From assembly GCF_006345805.1 (NCBI RefSeq), contig NC_043010.1, positions 40,238,001 through 40,302,000 of the forward strand: 64,000 bases of DNA. Reading direction: 5' to 3'. This DNA is from Octopus sinensis (Eukaryota). Positions 14,288 to 26,848 of this stretch are shown here, in pieces (positions within the stretch are counted from its first letter, which is position 1; each line of letters opens with the position of its first letter). The translations under genes were made by a program, and so were the position numbers. The notes under the pieces are model-generated. The model did not search any database and had not been told where the DNA came from. It worked only from the letters and a program-made list of their open reading frames with translations.

Positions 14288-16521
14288 ATCCTAAAATAAT
14301 TAATTTATCAAAAAGAGATTTTGACAATGATGAAATCCAACTTCTGTCAAAAGGACTGAAATTCACACCTACACCAACAGCCAACCACCAAGAATTAAAG
14401 GAGGATATCCAAAAATTCTGTCGAAAATTACGACTTGTAGAATTCTTCGCTAACAAAAGTAATGAGATTGATGAATCCCTAGTAAGGAATAAATCAAATT
14501 TCACCCCACCAAAAGGAAGAAATAACTACCTTGACCAATACATTGATATCCTGTCTAAATTTCCCCTTAGACGCAATACCAATGTTAGGCCAAACATTAG
14601 CAAATCAGAGATGTCTGCATGTAAACGTATACAAAACGATCAAACAATAATAATTAAACAAGCAGATAAAGGTGGTGCAATTGTTATTATGGATACCGAA
14701 TACTATAAGGATTTGGTTGAAGACCAACTGAAGGATACAACCTTCTATTGTGAAATACCCGCAAATATAGACCACCACATCATGAAAAAGATCAACAACC
14801 TGATTTCAACACACCACAACTCACTTACGGATAATGAAAAAGACTACATCACCAATTTTGAACCAAAACCCAGCAACTTCTACGGCTTACCAAAAATACA
14901 CAAATCAAAAAACATTCAACAGGCAGTAAAAGAACAAGAAAGTGAGTACATAAAATTATTACATCCAAAAGACCTAAAACTTAGACCTATTATAGCTGGT
15001 CCAGCATGCCCTACACACCGTCTAAGCAATTTTATTGACATTGTTTTGAAACCACTATGTACTTACATACCAAGTTTCATCAGGGATGACATCGACTTCC
15101 TGTCCCATCTTCCCAAAACAACAGAAACAAATTCAGTTTTACTAAGTTTTGATGTGGTAAGCCTCTACACCAATATTCCACACGATTTAGGAATAAAGGC
15201 GATTAAATACTGGTTAGAAAAACATAGAGAAGTGATTCCCAGCAGATTCACAGTGCCATTTATATTAGACACAGTCAAGCTTATTCTAGAAAATAACACA
15301 TTCTTCTTCAATGGAAAGAATTACATCCAAATTAGAGGCACGGCGATGGGAACGAGGTTTGCTCCCGTTTACGCCAACTCTGTAATGGGATACTTAGAAG
15401 AACAACTCTACCAAGAGGTGGAGGTAAACTATGGCACTGGGTTTAGAAAGTATATTGAAAAGGCATGGAAGAGATACCTAGACGACTGTTTCATAATCTG
15501 GACAGAATCTCTAAATACTCTGGAAGAGTTCAATATCCTCCTGAACAACCTACACCCATCTCTCCAATTTACAAAGGAGATGAGTAGTACCAAATTACCA
15601 TTCCTGGATATAATGGTAATTAAAAAAGACACCACCATCACCACAGATATATACTATAAACACACAGACACACATCAATACCTAAATTTTAAGTCGTGCC
15701 ATCCACCACATACAAAACGTAACATCCCATACTGCCTAGCCAGAAGAATTTGTACTATTGTAGAAGATGCAAATATCAGGAACAAACGTCTAATAGAACT
15801 AAGAGAATTTTTGCTCAAACAAAAATACCCATCTCTACTTATAGAAAATGGCATACAGCGGGCTATAAAAATACCTATACAACAACTTAGGACAACCCAA
15901 GGAAGAGGAAAACAAGAACAAGTCATACCATTCATAGTGACACACAACCCATGTCACCAGAATATCTTCAACATTGCCAAAGCAAACCTACCAATCATTG
16001 CCCAAAGTAATGAATTAAAAGACATAATCACGGATCGAGCTATGGTGCTTAGTAAAAGACAGCCTAAAAACTTGAAAACATTACTAACAAAGGCAAAATT
16101 TGACCTCAGCAACAAAGACCAAACATTCACGGTATCTAAATGCAATGATAGCCGATGTGGCACATGCCAATTCATACATACCGGTCAATATATAAACACA
16201 AAAACCGGGAAAATATTCACAAACGCGAATATGAACTGCAAAAGCAGAAATTTAATTTACTGCATCAAATGCCCAAATTGTGAAGAAATATATGTAGGTC
16301 AGACGGGAAACGCACTATTAGAACGCTCACGTGTACACCGGCAACAGATTAGAGACCCAGAGGTCCGTCAGATACCTTTGAGTAACCACCTAGCAACATG
16401 TGGTCGGAAAATATATATAATATTTCCATTCTACAAATTACACAGCCCAAGTGAAATCGAGAGGAAAATCAGAGAAAAGAATTTTATTGATAAATTCGAA
16501 CCCAAGCTAAATAAGCAATAA
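14194..16521 (+). CDS. Penelope-like reverse transcriptase + GIY-YIG endonuclease (frame open from 14194; first ATG 14611)
   Basis: KIINLSK..LLSKGLKFTPTP upstream of the first ATG; ADKGG, FYGLPKIHK, RPII, FDVVSLYTNI, GTAMG, RYLDD, LPFLD; CNDSRCGTC linker; NLIYCIKCPNC..IYVGQTG..R..H..E..LN. Confidence 0.95.
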   Translation, partial: PEKNPFFYVRTTNTGERKNPRGNIPQTTERIDPKIINLSKRDFDNDEIQLLSKGLKFTPTPTANHQELKEDIQKFCRKLRLVEFFANKSNEIDESLVRNKSNFTPPKGRNNYLDQYIDILSKFPLRRNTNVRPNISKSEMSACKRIQNDQTIIIKQADKGGAIVIMDTEYYKDLVEDQLKDTTFYCEIPANIDHHIMKKINNLISTHHNSLTDNEKDYITNFEPKPSNFYGLPKIHKSKNIQQAVKEQESEYIKLLHPKDLKLRPIIAGPACPTHRLSNFIDIVLKPLCTYIPSFIRDDIDFLSHLPKTTETNSVLLSFDVVSLYTNIPHDLGIKAIKYWLEKHREVIPSRFTVPFILDTVKLILENNTFFFNGKNYIQIRGTAMGTRFAPVYANSVMGYLEEQLYQEVEVNYGTGFRKYIEKAWKRYLDDCFIIWTESLNTLEEFNILLNNLHPSLQFTKEMSSTKLPFLDIMVIKKDTTITTDIYYKHTDTHQYLNFKSCHPPHTKRNIPYCLARRICTIVEDANIRNKRLIELREFLLKQKYPSLLIENGIQRAIKIPIQQLRTTQGRGKQEQVIPFIVTHNPCHQNIFNIAKANLPIIAQSNELKDIITDRAMVLSKRQPKNLKTLLTKAKFDLSNKDQTFTVSKCNDSRCGTCQFIHTGQYINTKTGKIFTNANMNCKSRNLIYCIKCPNCEEIYVGQTGNALLERSRVHRQQIRDPEVRQIPLSNHLATCGRKIYIIFPFYKLHSPSEIERKIREKNFIDKFEPKLNKQ

Positions 16522-16673
16522 TAATAATAATAATACTTAGAGGTATTACTTCAACTGCTACGACCATGACCACTAACAACAACAACAATACTAAAGGTGA
16601 TCAAGACGAAGATAGCAGGAAAATTATCTTATTTAGGGTTAAAGTTCTATTGCCATAACCATCACCACTAGCA

Positions 16674-17249
16674 ACAATAATTAAGGTGCTGACAATGATG
16701 ATGATGACAATGGAAATATAAAAATATAAAAATTTCTGACAAAGGATATTTACAACATTTCTAAAAATAACCCAACAATTGCTGCTTCGGCCGGGGTCAA
16801 GATACAGGACTCTTGACATGTCCAACAAAGCGTGATGCCTAAACCAATCAGCTCAACCAACCAATCAGCTTAAGTAATTGAGTGATACTACACACTGATT
16901 GGTCAGAATACAGTTTGCAAAAACCTAGCACTCTGGAGCCTACCCAGCTGTATTTATAGCACAGAATCAATCATCTTGCTACAGTCAAAAATTGTGAAGC
17001 ATGACTGTCAACACTACTACATGAACCCGAAGATTGCAGAATTCAATGCATGAAAGTACTAGTTCAATCAGAATGAATATTTAACATTCTACTATTTCAT
17101 TTTATTTTATTCAATTATAATATATTATCTTATAATATATCATTATAAGATTGTAAATAAAACGTGAAAATCAGACAAGGTTGGAATTCTTTTTATTAAT
17201 ATATTCTTCTATACACAATCACACACACCCATATATATATATTCTATAT
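16674..17249 (+). repeat. 3' pseudo-LTR of the PLE; HHR at 17022-17066, AATAAA at 17156
   Basis: Direct repeat of 12403-12976 with the same CCGAAGA core. Confidence 0.93.
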
Positions 17250-17322
17250 ATATATATATAATATATATATCGTTGGCTTATATACATATATAATCTTCTA
17301 TGCTTGTGTGTGTGTATGGGTA

Positions 17323-17373
<51 letters not shown>

Positions 17374-17406
17374 TAATAATTTTTATAAGTTTTTTTATAT
17401 ACACAC

Positions 17407-17437
<31 letters not shown>

Positions 17438-18068
17438 TATATATATATATATACATACATATATAGATATTTATATACATATACATTTGAATATATATAT
17501 GCATTTATATATATATGTATGTATATGTGTGTATATATATACACACATATGCATATATATGTGTATGTATATATAAATATATATATATACATATATATAT
17601 ATGTATGTATATATGTATGCATGTATGATTGTATGCATGTATGAATATATGTGTATGTATGAATATATGTGTGTGTGTATGTATGTATGCATGTACATAT
17701 GCATGCATGTATGGATACATAATTGCATACATGACATGCGTGTATATTCGATATTCTTAGTCAATGCAACAGGATGAGTCCCAGCAAAGACAAGAATTTC
17801 TCTTTCATACGTAGAGAGGGAAAATCAAAGGCATACACACAACCACGGACAGCGGGAGACATTTTCAAGCTTAACAACGTAGAGACGTCCATGGCTTGCA
17901 CGAACGATGCGTCGCGTGTATGATAATGAGGAACAGCGAAAATTTATCATCGTTCAGTTATGGAAGGTGTCCTTTAACAATCAGTTCATCAGTCTTTATT
18001 GTGTACTGTATAATAGGAGCATACAGTCTCACTGCATCTACTTCTCCGCCTCTTTCTCAATCTCTGTT

Positions 18069-18132
<64 letters not shown>

Positions 18133-18259
18133 GTTATCACTGTCTCATTATCACTGTCTCCATATTTTAGTATACGCTACCACAGACAGACACACAAACT
18201 TAAATAGGTATAGTTTTATACATGTATATATACGCAGGCTCGCACGTACACATACACAC

Positions 18260-18340
<81 letters not shown>

Positions 18341-18564
18341 TATAGATAGATAGATAGAGAGAGAGAGAGATAGATAGATAGATAGATAGATAGATATATA
18401 GATAGATAGATAGACAGATAGATAGATAGACAGACATACAAGCAGGCAGACAGACAGACAGACAGAGAGATAGATAGATAGATCGATTTATATATATATA
18501 TATATATGTATATATATGATATATATAATAGATAGATAGATAGTAGATGGTAGATAGATAGATC

Positions 18565-18635
<71 letters not shown>

Positions 18636-18665
18636 TGCACTTTGTGTGTGTGCGTGTGTGTGTTA

Positions 18666-19555
18666 AATGTTAAATGTTCATTCTGATTGAACCAGTACTT
18701 TCATGCATTAAATTCTGCAATCTTCAGGTTCATGTAGTAGTGGTGACAGTCATGCTTCACATTTTTGACTGTAGCGAGATTATTGAATCTGTGCTTTAAA
18801 TACACTGTGTAGGCTCCAGATGCTAGGTTTTGCAAACTGCATTCTGACCAATCAGTGTGTAGTATCACTCAATTACTTAAGCTGATTGGTTGTTGAGCTG
18901 ATTGGTTTAGGCGTCACGATTTGTTGGACATGTCAAGAGTCCTGTATCTTGACCCTGGCCGAAGCAGCAATTGTTGGGCTATTTTTAGAAATGTTGTAAA
19001 TAGCCTTTGTCAGAGATTTTTATATTTTTATATTTCAATTGTCATCATCATCATTGTCAGCACCTCCAGATGCCAGGTTTTAAAAACAATGCTAACAAGA
19101 AATTGAAAAGTAGTATACATAATACCAAAAACAGACAGAAAACATATATGTCCAACAAAGCGTGACGCCTAAACCAATCAGCTCAACCAACCAATCAGCT
19201 AAGTAATTGAGTGATACTACACACTGATTGGTCAGAATGCAGTTTGCAAAACCTAGCATCTGGAGCCTACACAGCTGTATTTAAAGCACAGATTCAATAA
19301 TCTCGCTACAGTCAAAAATTGTGAAGCATGACTGTCACCACTACTACATGAACCTGAAGATTGCAGAATTTAATGCATGAAAGTACTAGTTCAATCAGAA
19401 TGAACATTTACACATTCTATTATTTTATTTTGTTTTATCTATATAAGTTTATATTATATTATATATACATTATAAGATTGTAAATAAAACGTGAAAATCA
19501 GACAAGTTGGAATCCTTTTATTAATATATTCTTCTATTCTCATCACACACACCCG
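18666..19555. mobile_element. Non-autonomous PLE derivative: inverted pLTR + ~75-bp ORF1 fragment + forward pLTR
   Basis: 18666-19065 is the reverse complement of the pLTR; 19073-19146 matches 14044-14118; 19148-19555 is a forward pLTR; HHRs at 18688-18732 (-) and 19349-19393 (+). Confidence 0.88.
19349..19393 (+). ncRNA. Minimal type I hammerhead ribozyme, canonical core
   Basis: tgaac CTGAAGA ttgca gaatttaa tgcat GAAA gtac TA gttca; mirror copy at 27016-27060 (-). Confidence 0.85.
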
Positions 19556-19557
19556 TA

Positions 19558-19597
<40 letters not shown>

Positions 19598-19989
19598 CTA
19601 GCAGTATCGCCCGGCGTTGCTCGGGTTTGTAAGGGAAATAACTAATAACATTTTTAGAGAGTTATAGCCAAAAAATAGCAAAAAAATGTATTAAAAATTG
19701 AAGAAAATTAAGGTAATTTATTTTTTTTAATCGTTGACACATCGTAGATATTTTTAGAGAGTTACTTCCCTTATCTAAAGCGGAAAAATGCATTCAAATG
19801 GAAAAATATGATGGTAAATTTTTAAAAATCGTAGACTCATCGTAGACGCGCGCGCTAATACCCAAAGGGCTCGATATGAATCACGACTATAAGATACCCG
19901 CTTTTGGTTAAACTGCACGGCAAAATGTGGGAGTAGTTACGAATCTAAATCGAAGGGGACAGACACACAACTTCACTCTTATATAAAGA
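19598..19989 (-). mobile_element. Non-autonomous Helitron
   Basis: Minus strand: A|TCTTTATATAAG ... hairpin cccgagcaacgccggg, cgatactg CTAG|T; canonical TC...CTRR termini in an AT target. Confidence 0.8.
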
Positions 19990-20509
19990 TGCTTATTTTT
20001 TTTTTCCGTCATAGAGTTAGATTTATGAAGGTCTTCAGTAGAAAATCCTTCGAATTCTGACTCACTGCTTGATATAATGAAATTCGTATCCATTTTTTTG
20101 TCAGAATTACAAATTTTGAAAACACAATAGGAACAAATTTCGGAAAAAAATCTCCCATAATATCACGGGAATTAAAATTACACTTCGATTTTTGTGCAAA
20201 ACTGTATTTGAAGTGTTTACGAAGTATAATACGTGTTTTCACGAATGTACTAAAGAGATTTACTCTGATATTCTCATTTAAATATGAATAGTAAATTCGG
20301 GCGGTTTGGTACGAAAGGGTTTATTATAAGTGTCGTCTGTTTAATACATAACCCTGTTTCATACTTTCAGTTTAGTCTTGCTCAAATCACTCTGTCGCAA
20401 TTTACTCTCTTCCAGAACATTTTCACTCACTGTTATCTGTTAGCTTCCCATACATTTTACTCATGTATCTATCAGCGTGATAGGTAGATAGATAGATAGA
20501 TAGATAGAT

Positions 20510-20551
<42 letters not shown>

Positions 20552-20691
20552 AGATAGATAGACAGATAGAGAGATGACAGACATACAAGCAGGCAGACAG
20601 ACAGACAGACAGAGAGATAGATAGATAGATCGATTTATATATATATATATATATGTATATATATAGATAGATAGATAGATAGATAGATAGG

Positions 20692-20773
<82 letters not shown>

Positions 20774-21478
20774 TGCACTTATGTGTGTGTGCGTGTGTGT
20801 GTGTGTGTGTGTGTTAATGATGAAATGTGACGGAAAGATTGTCGTTAAAGTCTTTGTGCATAATATATCAAACCTAATGCAAAAGATTCGCAATAAATAC
20901 TCGTTATACATTGAGAACTTTATTTACGATTCAAATCGCATCTTTACAATAGAATATGAGAACCAATAAATAAAATATTTATCTTGTGAACGTGCACGTC
21001 ACTTGGTTTGATTATTCGACTATAAATTTCCAATAATTGCAATCCAATATTTCCAGGAAATATATTCTAAGATAAATTCAGTTAGGAAAACTTTTGCAAG
21101 ATTCCGATGTAAAATTTTAAGAGGAAAGAGGTGTTTGGGAGACACACAATCATTGAGGAGGTAATGGGTTTTAATAAAAGGACTTTCACACACCAATCGG
21201 TTAACTAACTGATATTTTTTATTTTTCTATTATTTTATTTGTTGTAATCCTTTTCACAGCGTCCATGCTGGAGCACCGGCTTCCCGTCGAACAAATCAAC
21301 CCCAGGACTTTATTCTTTGTAAGCCTAGTACTTATTATTCTATCGGCTTCTTTGCCAAACCTCTAATTTACGGGACGTAAACAAGCCAACATCGGTGTCA
21401 AGCGATGGTGGGAGGACAACAAATGACACACGATATAATACACTTATATATATATATATATATATATAAATATATATA

Positions 21479-21527
<49 letters not shown>

Positions 21528-22431
21528 ATATAATATATATATCTATATATATTAACTCAACTTGTGTGTCTGTGTGTGTATCTATGTGTGTGTCTGTGTG
21601 TTTAAATTCCAGGCAAATTTCCTCCTAGCCAACAAATCGTAGAATCACCCAAAATGGGTCACTTAAAGTGTAGGCGAATGAAAATTGAACTGCGCTATTT
21701 CTGTTCCGAAAGTCATCTCGCAAGTGCAAAATCGTAATGTTTTGTTTAGGCCTTATCCCATGCATTGGATAGTGAACTTTACTCAGTCAGCTGTGTTCAT
21801 CACGCGTGCAAGCATGCGTAAATTGCATGAAAAATAAAAATGAAGATACCGCTTTGTTGGTTAAACGCACGGCAAAATGTGGGAGTAGTTACGAATCTAA
21901 ATCGAAGGGGACAGACCCACAACTTCACTCTTATATAAAGATGCTTATTTTTTTTCCGTCATAGAGTTAGATTTTGAAGGTCTTCAGTAGAAAATCCTTC
22001 GAATTCTGACTCACTGCTTGATATAATGAAATTCGTATCCATTTTTTGTCAGAATTACAATTTTGAAAACACAATAGGAACAAATTTCGGAAAAAAATCT
22101 CCCATAATTCACGGAATTAAAATTACACTTCGATTTTTGTGCAAAACTGTATTTGAAGTGTTTACGAAGTATAATACGTGTTTTCACGAATGTACTAAAG
22201 AGATTTACTCTGATATTCTCATTTAAATATGAATAGGTAAAATCGGGCGGTTGGGTAACGAAAGGGTTTATAAAGTGTCGTCTGTTTATACATAAACACT
22301 GTTTCATACTTTCAGTTTAGTCTTGCTCAAATCACTCTGTCGCTAATTTACTCTCTTCCAAGAACATTTTCACTCACTGTTATCTGTTAGCTTCCCATAC
22401 ATTTTACTCATGTATCTATCAGCGTGATAGG

Positions 22432-22485
<54 letters not shown>

Positions 22486-22633
22486 TATAGATAGATAGAT
22501 AGACAGATAGATAGATAGACAGACATACAAGCAGGCAGACAGACAGACAGACAGAGAGATAGATAGATAGATCGATTTATATATATATATATATATGTAT
22601 ATATATAGATAGATAGATAGATAGATAGATAGG

Positions 22634-22701
<68 letters not shown>

Positions 22702-23404
22702 GATAGATAGATAGATAGATATGCACTTATTGTGTGTGCGTGTGTGTGTGTGTGTGTGTGTTAATGATGAAAGTGACGGAAAGATTGTCGTTAAAGTCTT
22801 TGTGCATAATATATCAAACCTAATGCAAAAGATTCGCAATAAATACTCGTTATACATTGAGAACTTTATTTACGATTCAAATCGCATCTTTACAATAGAA
22901 TATGAGAACCAATAAATAAAATATTTATCTTGTGAACGTGCACGTCACTTGGTTTGATTATTCGACTATAAATTTCCAATAATTGCAATCCAATATTTCC
23001 AGGAAATATATTCTAAGATAAATTCAGTTAGGAAAACTTTTGCAAGATTCCGATGTAAAATTTTAAGAGGAAAGAGGTGTTTGGGAGACACACAATCATT
23101 GAGGAGGTAATGGGTTTTAATAAAAGGACTTTCACACACCAATCGGTTAACTAACTGATATTTTTTATTTTTCTATTCTTTTATTTGTTGTAATCCTTTT
23201 CACAGCGTCCATGCTGGAGCACCGGCTTCCCGTCGAACAAATCAACCCCAGGACTTTATTCTTTGTAAGCCTAGTACTTATTATTCTATCGGCTTCTTTT
23301 GCCAAACCTCTAATTTACGGGGACGTAAACAAGCCAACATCGGTTGTCAAGCGATGGTGGGAGGACAAACATAGACACACAGATATATACACTTATATAT
23401 ATAT

Positions 23405-23471
<67 letters not shown>

Positions 23472-23803
23472 TTATATATATACATATATATATCTATATA
23501 TATTAAACTCAACTTTTGTGTCTGTGTGTGTATCTATGTGTGTGTCTGTGTGTTTAATTCCAGGCAAATTTCCTCCTAGCCAACAAATCGTAGAATCACC
23601 AAAAATGGGTCACTTAAAGTGTAGGCGAATGAAAATTGAACTGCGCTATTTCTGTTCCGAAAGTCATCTCGCAAGTGCAAAAATCGATAATGTGTTTGTT
23701 TAGGCCTTATCCCATGCATTGGATAGTGAACTTTACTCAGTCAGCTGTGTTCATCACGCGTGCAAGCATGCGTAAATTGCATGAAAAATAAAAAATGAAG
23801 ATA
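19891..23803 (+). repeat. Tandem duplication of ~1.95 kb (19891-21842 / 21843-23803)
   Basis: Collinear near-identical copies including the GATA tract, SINE fragment and Helitron 5' end; junction microhomology AAGATA. Confidence 0.85.
23190..23390 (-). mobile_element. SINE 3' half (family of 750-1172); duplicate at ~21240-21430
   Basis: 'ttattctttgtaagcctagtacttat' and 'gtcaagcgatggtgggaggacaaac' shared with 828-940. Confidence 0.7.
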
Positions 23804-25145
23804 TAAAAACGAATCGCCGTAAACATTGTAGAAATTCGGCAAAGAATTGAATTTTCAGGGTTTTTTCGTATTAATCGTTTGGACTTTGTGAACACATACC
23901 AATTGTTTTCATACCATTTTTAACGTTTTGAATTAATGTGACCATTTTGCGTTGAGTCTGGAGTTTGAATCACTTTAACTAAATTTTAGCAGGCCGGATT
24001 TTCGATCATCACGATACATCGCCAGCGACTCCCTGAAACTCTCCCCTGAAATCCCCGTTGAGAATCTATATATATATAAAACTCACTTGTGTGTCTGTGT
24101 GTGTATCTATGTGTGTGTCTGTGTGTTTAAATTCCAGGCAAATTTCCTCCTAGCAACAAATCGTAGAATCACCAAAAATGGGTCACTTAAAGTGTAGGCG
24201 AATGAAAATTGAACTGCGCTATTTCTGTTCCGAAAGTCATCTCGCAAGTGCAAAAATCGATAATGTGTTTGTTTAGGCCTTATCCCATGCATTGGATAGT
24301 GAACTTTACTCAGTCAGCTGTGTTCATCACGCGTGCAAGCATGCGTAAATTGCATGAAAAATAAAAAATGAAGATATAAAAACGAATCGCCGTAAACATT
24401 GTAGAAATTCGGCAAAGAATTGAATTTTCAGGGTTTTTTCGTATTAATCGTTTGGACTTTGTGAACACATACCAATTGTTTTCATACCATTTTTAACGTT
24501 TTGAATTAAATGTGACCATTTTGCGTTGAGTCTGGAGTTTGAATCACTTTAACTAAATTTTAGCAGGCCGGATTTTCGATCATCACGATACATCGCCAGC
24601 GACTCCCTGAAACTCTCCCCTGAAATCCCCGTTGAGAAATCTATATATATATAAAACTCAACTTGTGTGTCTGTGTGTGTGTATCTGTGTGTGTGGGTGT
24701 GTGTTTAACTTTTGGATCTACCAAGTTTCATTATTAAGGATGGAAAGTAGTGTGTAGCAAATCTATATATATATATAAAGCTAAGGTTGTATGTGTGTGG
24801 CAGGTTTGGTAGCCTTCAACTAACACTATCTCCTTCGAGACCCTGCAGCGCAAAATTGAGAGTATGATAGAAGAAGGCTTGCTCTTCATTCTGTAGGAGA
24901 TAAAATTCAAATCGGACCATGTTAACACCAAAAATTAGTTACATCAAAAAGGTGCTTTTTTTCTATGAAAATTCCTATTTTTTTTACGATCTTTGACTGC
25001 TGTGTCACCACTTTTCGGTCTATTTCAACTGGAAAAATGTTCGCTTGAAGAGAATAACAAGTCGTTAATGCAAAATTTTTACTTTTCAAACATTCCAATT
25101 CCAAAGGGTCGAAACAAACCCAAGCAACACCTGGTGATACTGCTA

Positions 25146-25146
<1 letters not shown>
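23493..25146 (+). mobile_element. Composite/tandem non-autonomous Helitron
   Basis: A|TCTATATATAT 5' ends at 23493, 24065, 24640 and 24762; ~575-bp unit repeated twice; one 3' end cccaagcaacacctggtgatactgCTAG|T at 25146. Confidence 0.7.
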
Positions 25147-25227
<81 letters not shown>

Positions 25228-25377
25228 AATGCTTCTTTCAGTTTCCGTCTACCGAATCCACTCACAAGGCTTTGGTCGACACAAGGCTATAGTAGAAGGC
25301 ACTTGACGAAGGTTCCACGTAGTGGACTGAACCCGAAACCATGTAGTTCGTAAGCAAGCTATTTAGTACACAGCCTT
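25228..25377 (-). mobile_element. SINE 5' half (tRNA-like head)
   Basis: 'gcttctttcagtttccgtctacc...ggactgaacccgaaaccatgt' as in 1017-1160. Confidence 0.75.
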
Positions 25378-25574
25378 TGAAGTAAATGATACCCCGTATG
25401 TATATTTTCATTGGTAGTATAATCCCCACAAAATGCAATATTATTCTTTTAAATTCTTTCATCCTGTTACATGATCATTTTCTTGTCTTCAATTCACATT
25501 CACATAATTTTAAGTAATATAGAATGGAGTCAACCTGTTACTCTACATACATGCATTATATGTGTGTGTGTGCG

Positions 25575-25639
<65 letters not shown>

Positions 25640-25924
25640 TATTATAAAAGGCAGATTTTATCTGCCTCCCTTTGGGAGTTATACAAATCTACAATATAGG
25701 ATTTCTTCAATTACAATTTACCTAGCATTTTTGAGAGTACAATGCATCGCGTCATGCCAGGTCCAGTTTTTAAAATTTAAACTCCAATTAAGCAAAATTT
25801 ACAGAAAACTCACATTCTGGTGTGTGTGTCAAATGCTTTTCTTAGTCTGGTTTACACCACACGCAAACGCACACACACCGTGTGCGACGAATAAAATGAA
25901 AGTAAATGTAATATTTGTTTCTGT

Positions 25925-26810
25925 CTATCACGCTGATAGATACATGAGTAAAATGTATGGGAAGCTAACAGATAACAGTGAGTGAAAATGTTCTTGGAAG
26001 AGAGTAAATTAGCGACAGAGTGATTGAGCAAGACTAAACTGAAAGTATGAAACAGTGTTTATGTATAAACAGACGACACTTATATAAACCCTTTCGTTAC
26101 CAAACCGCCCGAATTTACCTATTCATATTTAAATGAGAATATCAGAGTAAATCTCTTTAGTACATTCGTGAAAACACGTATTATACTTCGTAAACACTTC
26201 AAATACAGTTTTGCACAAAAATCGAAGTGTAATTTTAATTCCGTGAATTATGGGAGATTTTTTTCCGAAATTTGTTCCTATTGTGTTTTCAAAATTTGTA
26301 ATTCTGACAAAAAATGGATACGAATTTCATTATATCAAGCAGTGAGTCAGAATTCGAAGGATTTTCTACTGAAGACCTTCATAAATCTAACTCTATGACG
26401 GAAAAAAAATAAGCATCTTTATATAAGAGTGAAGTTGTGTGTCTGTCCCCTTCGATTTAGATTCGTAACTACTCCCACATTTTGCCGTGCAGTTTAACCA
26501 AAAGCGGGTATCTTATAGTCGTGATTCATATCGAGCCCTTCTGGGTATTAGCGCGCGTCTACGATGAGTCTACGATTTTTAAAAAATTTACCATCATATT
26601 TTTCCATTTGAATGCATTTTTCCGCTTTTATATAAGGGAAGTAACTCTCTAAAAATATCTACGATGTGTCAACGATTAAAAAAAATAAATTACCTTAATT
26701 TTTCTTCAATTTTTAATACATTTTTTTGCTATTTTTTGGCTATAACTCTCTAAAAATGCTTATATAGTTATTTCCCTTACAACCCGAGCAACGCCGGGCG
26801 ATACTGCTAG

Positions 26811-26848
<38 letters not shown>

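Larger units (their letters stand above)
12403..17249 (+). mobile_element. Near full-length Penelope-like retroelement (Neptune-type) with direct pseudo-LTRs, inserted in (TA)n
   Basis: RT + GIY-YIG ORF, near-identical direct repeats 12403-12976 and 16674-17249, HHR in each repeat, TA microsatellite on both flanks. Confidence 0.93.

Noticed and set aside
12936-16828. Antisense ORFs over the PLE (12936-13517, 15429-16175, and the pLTR ORF 16601-16828)
   Set aside because: Shadows of the A-rich sense strand with no motifs; the recurring MLDMSRV ORF only reflects repeat copies
12403-17249. LTR retrotransposon interpretation of the direct repeats
   Set aside because: No TG..CA ends, PBS, protease, RNase H or integrase; RT + GIY-YIG identifies a Penelope-like element
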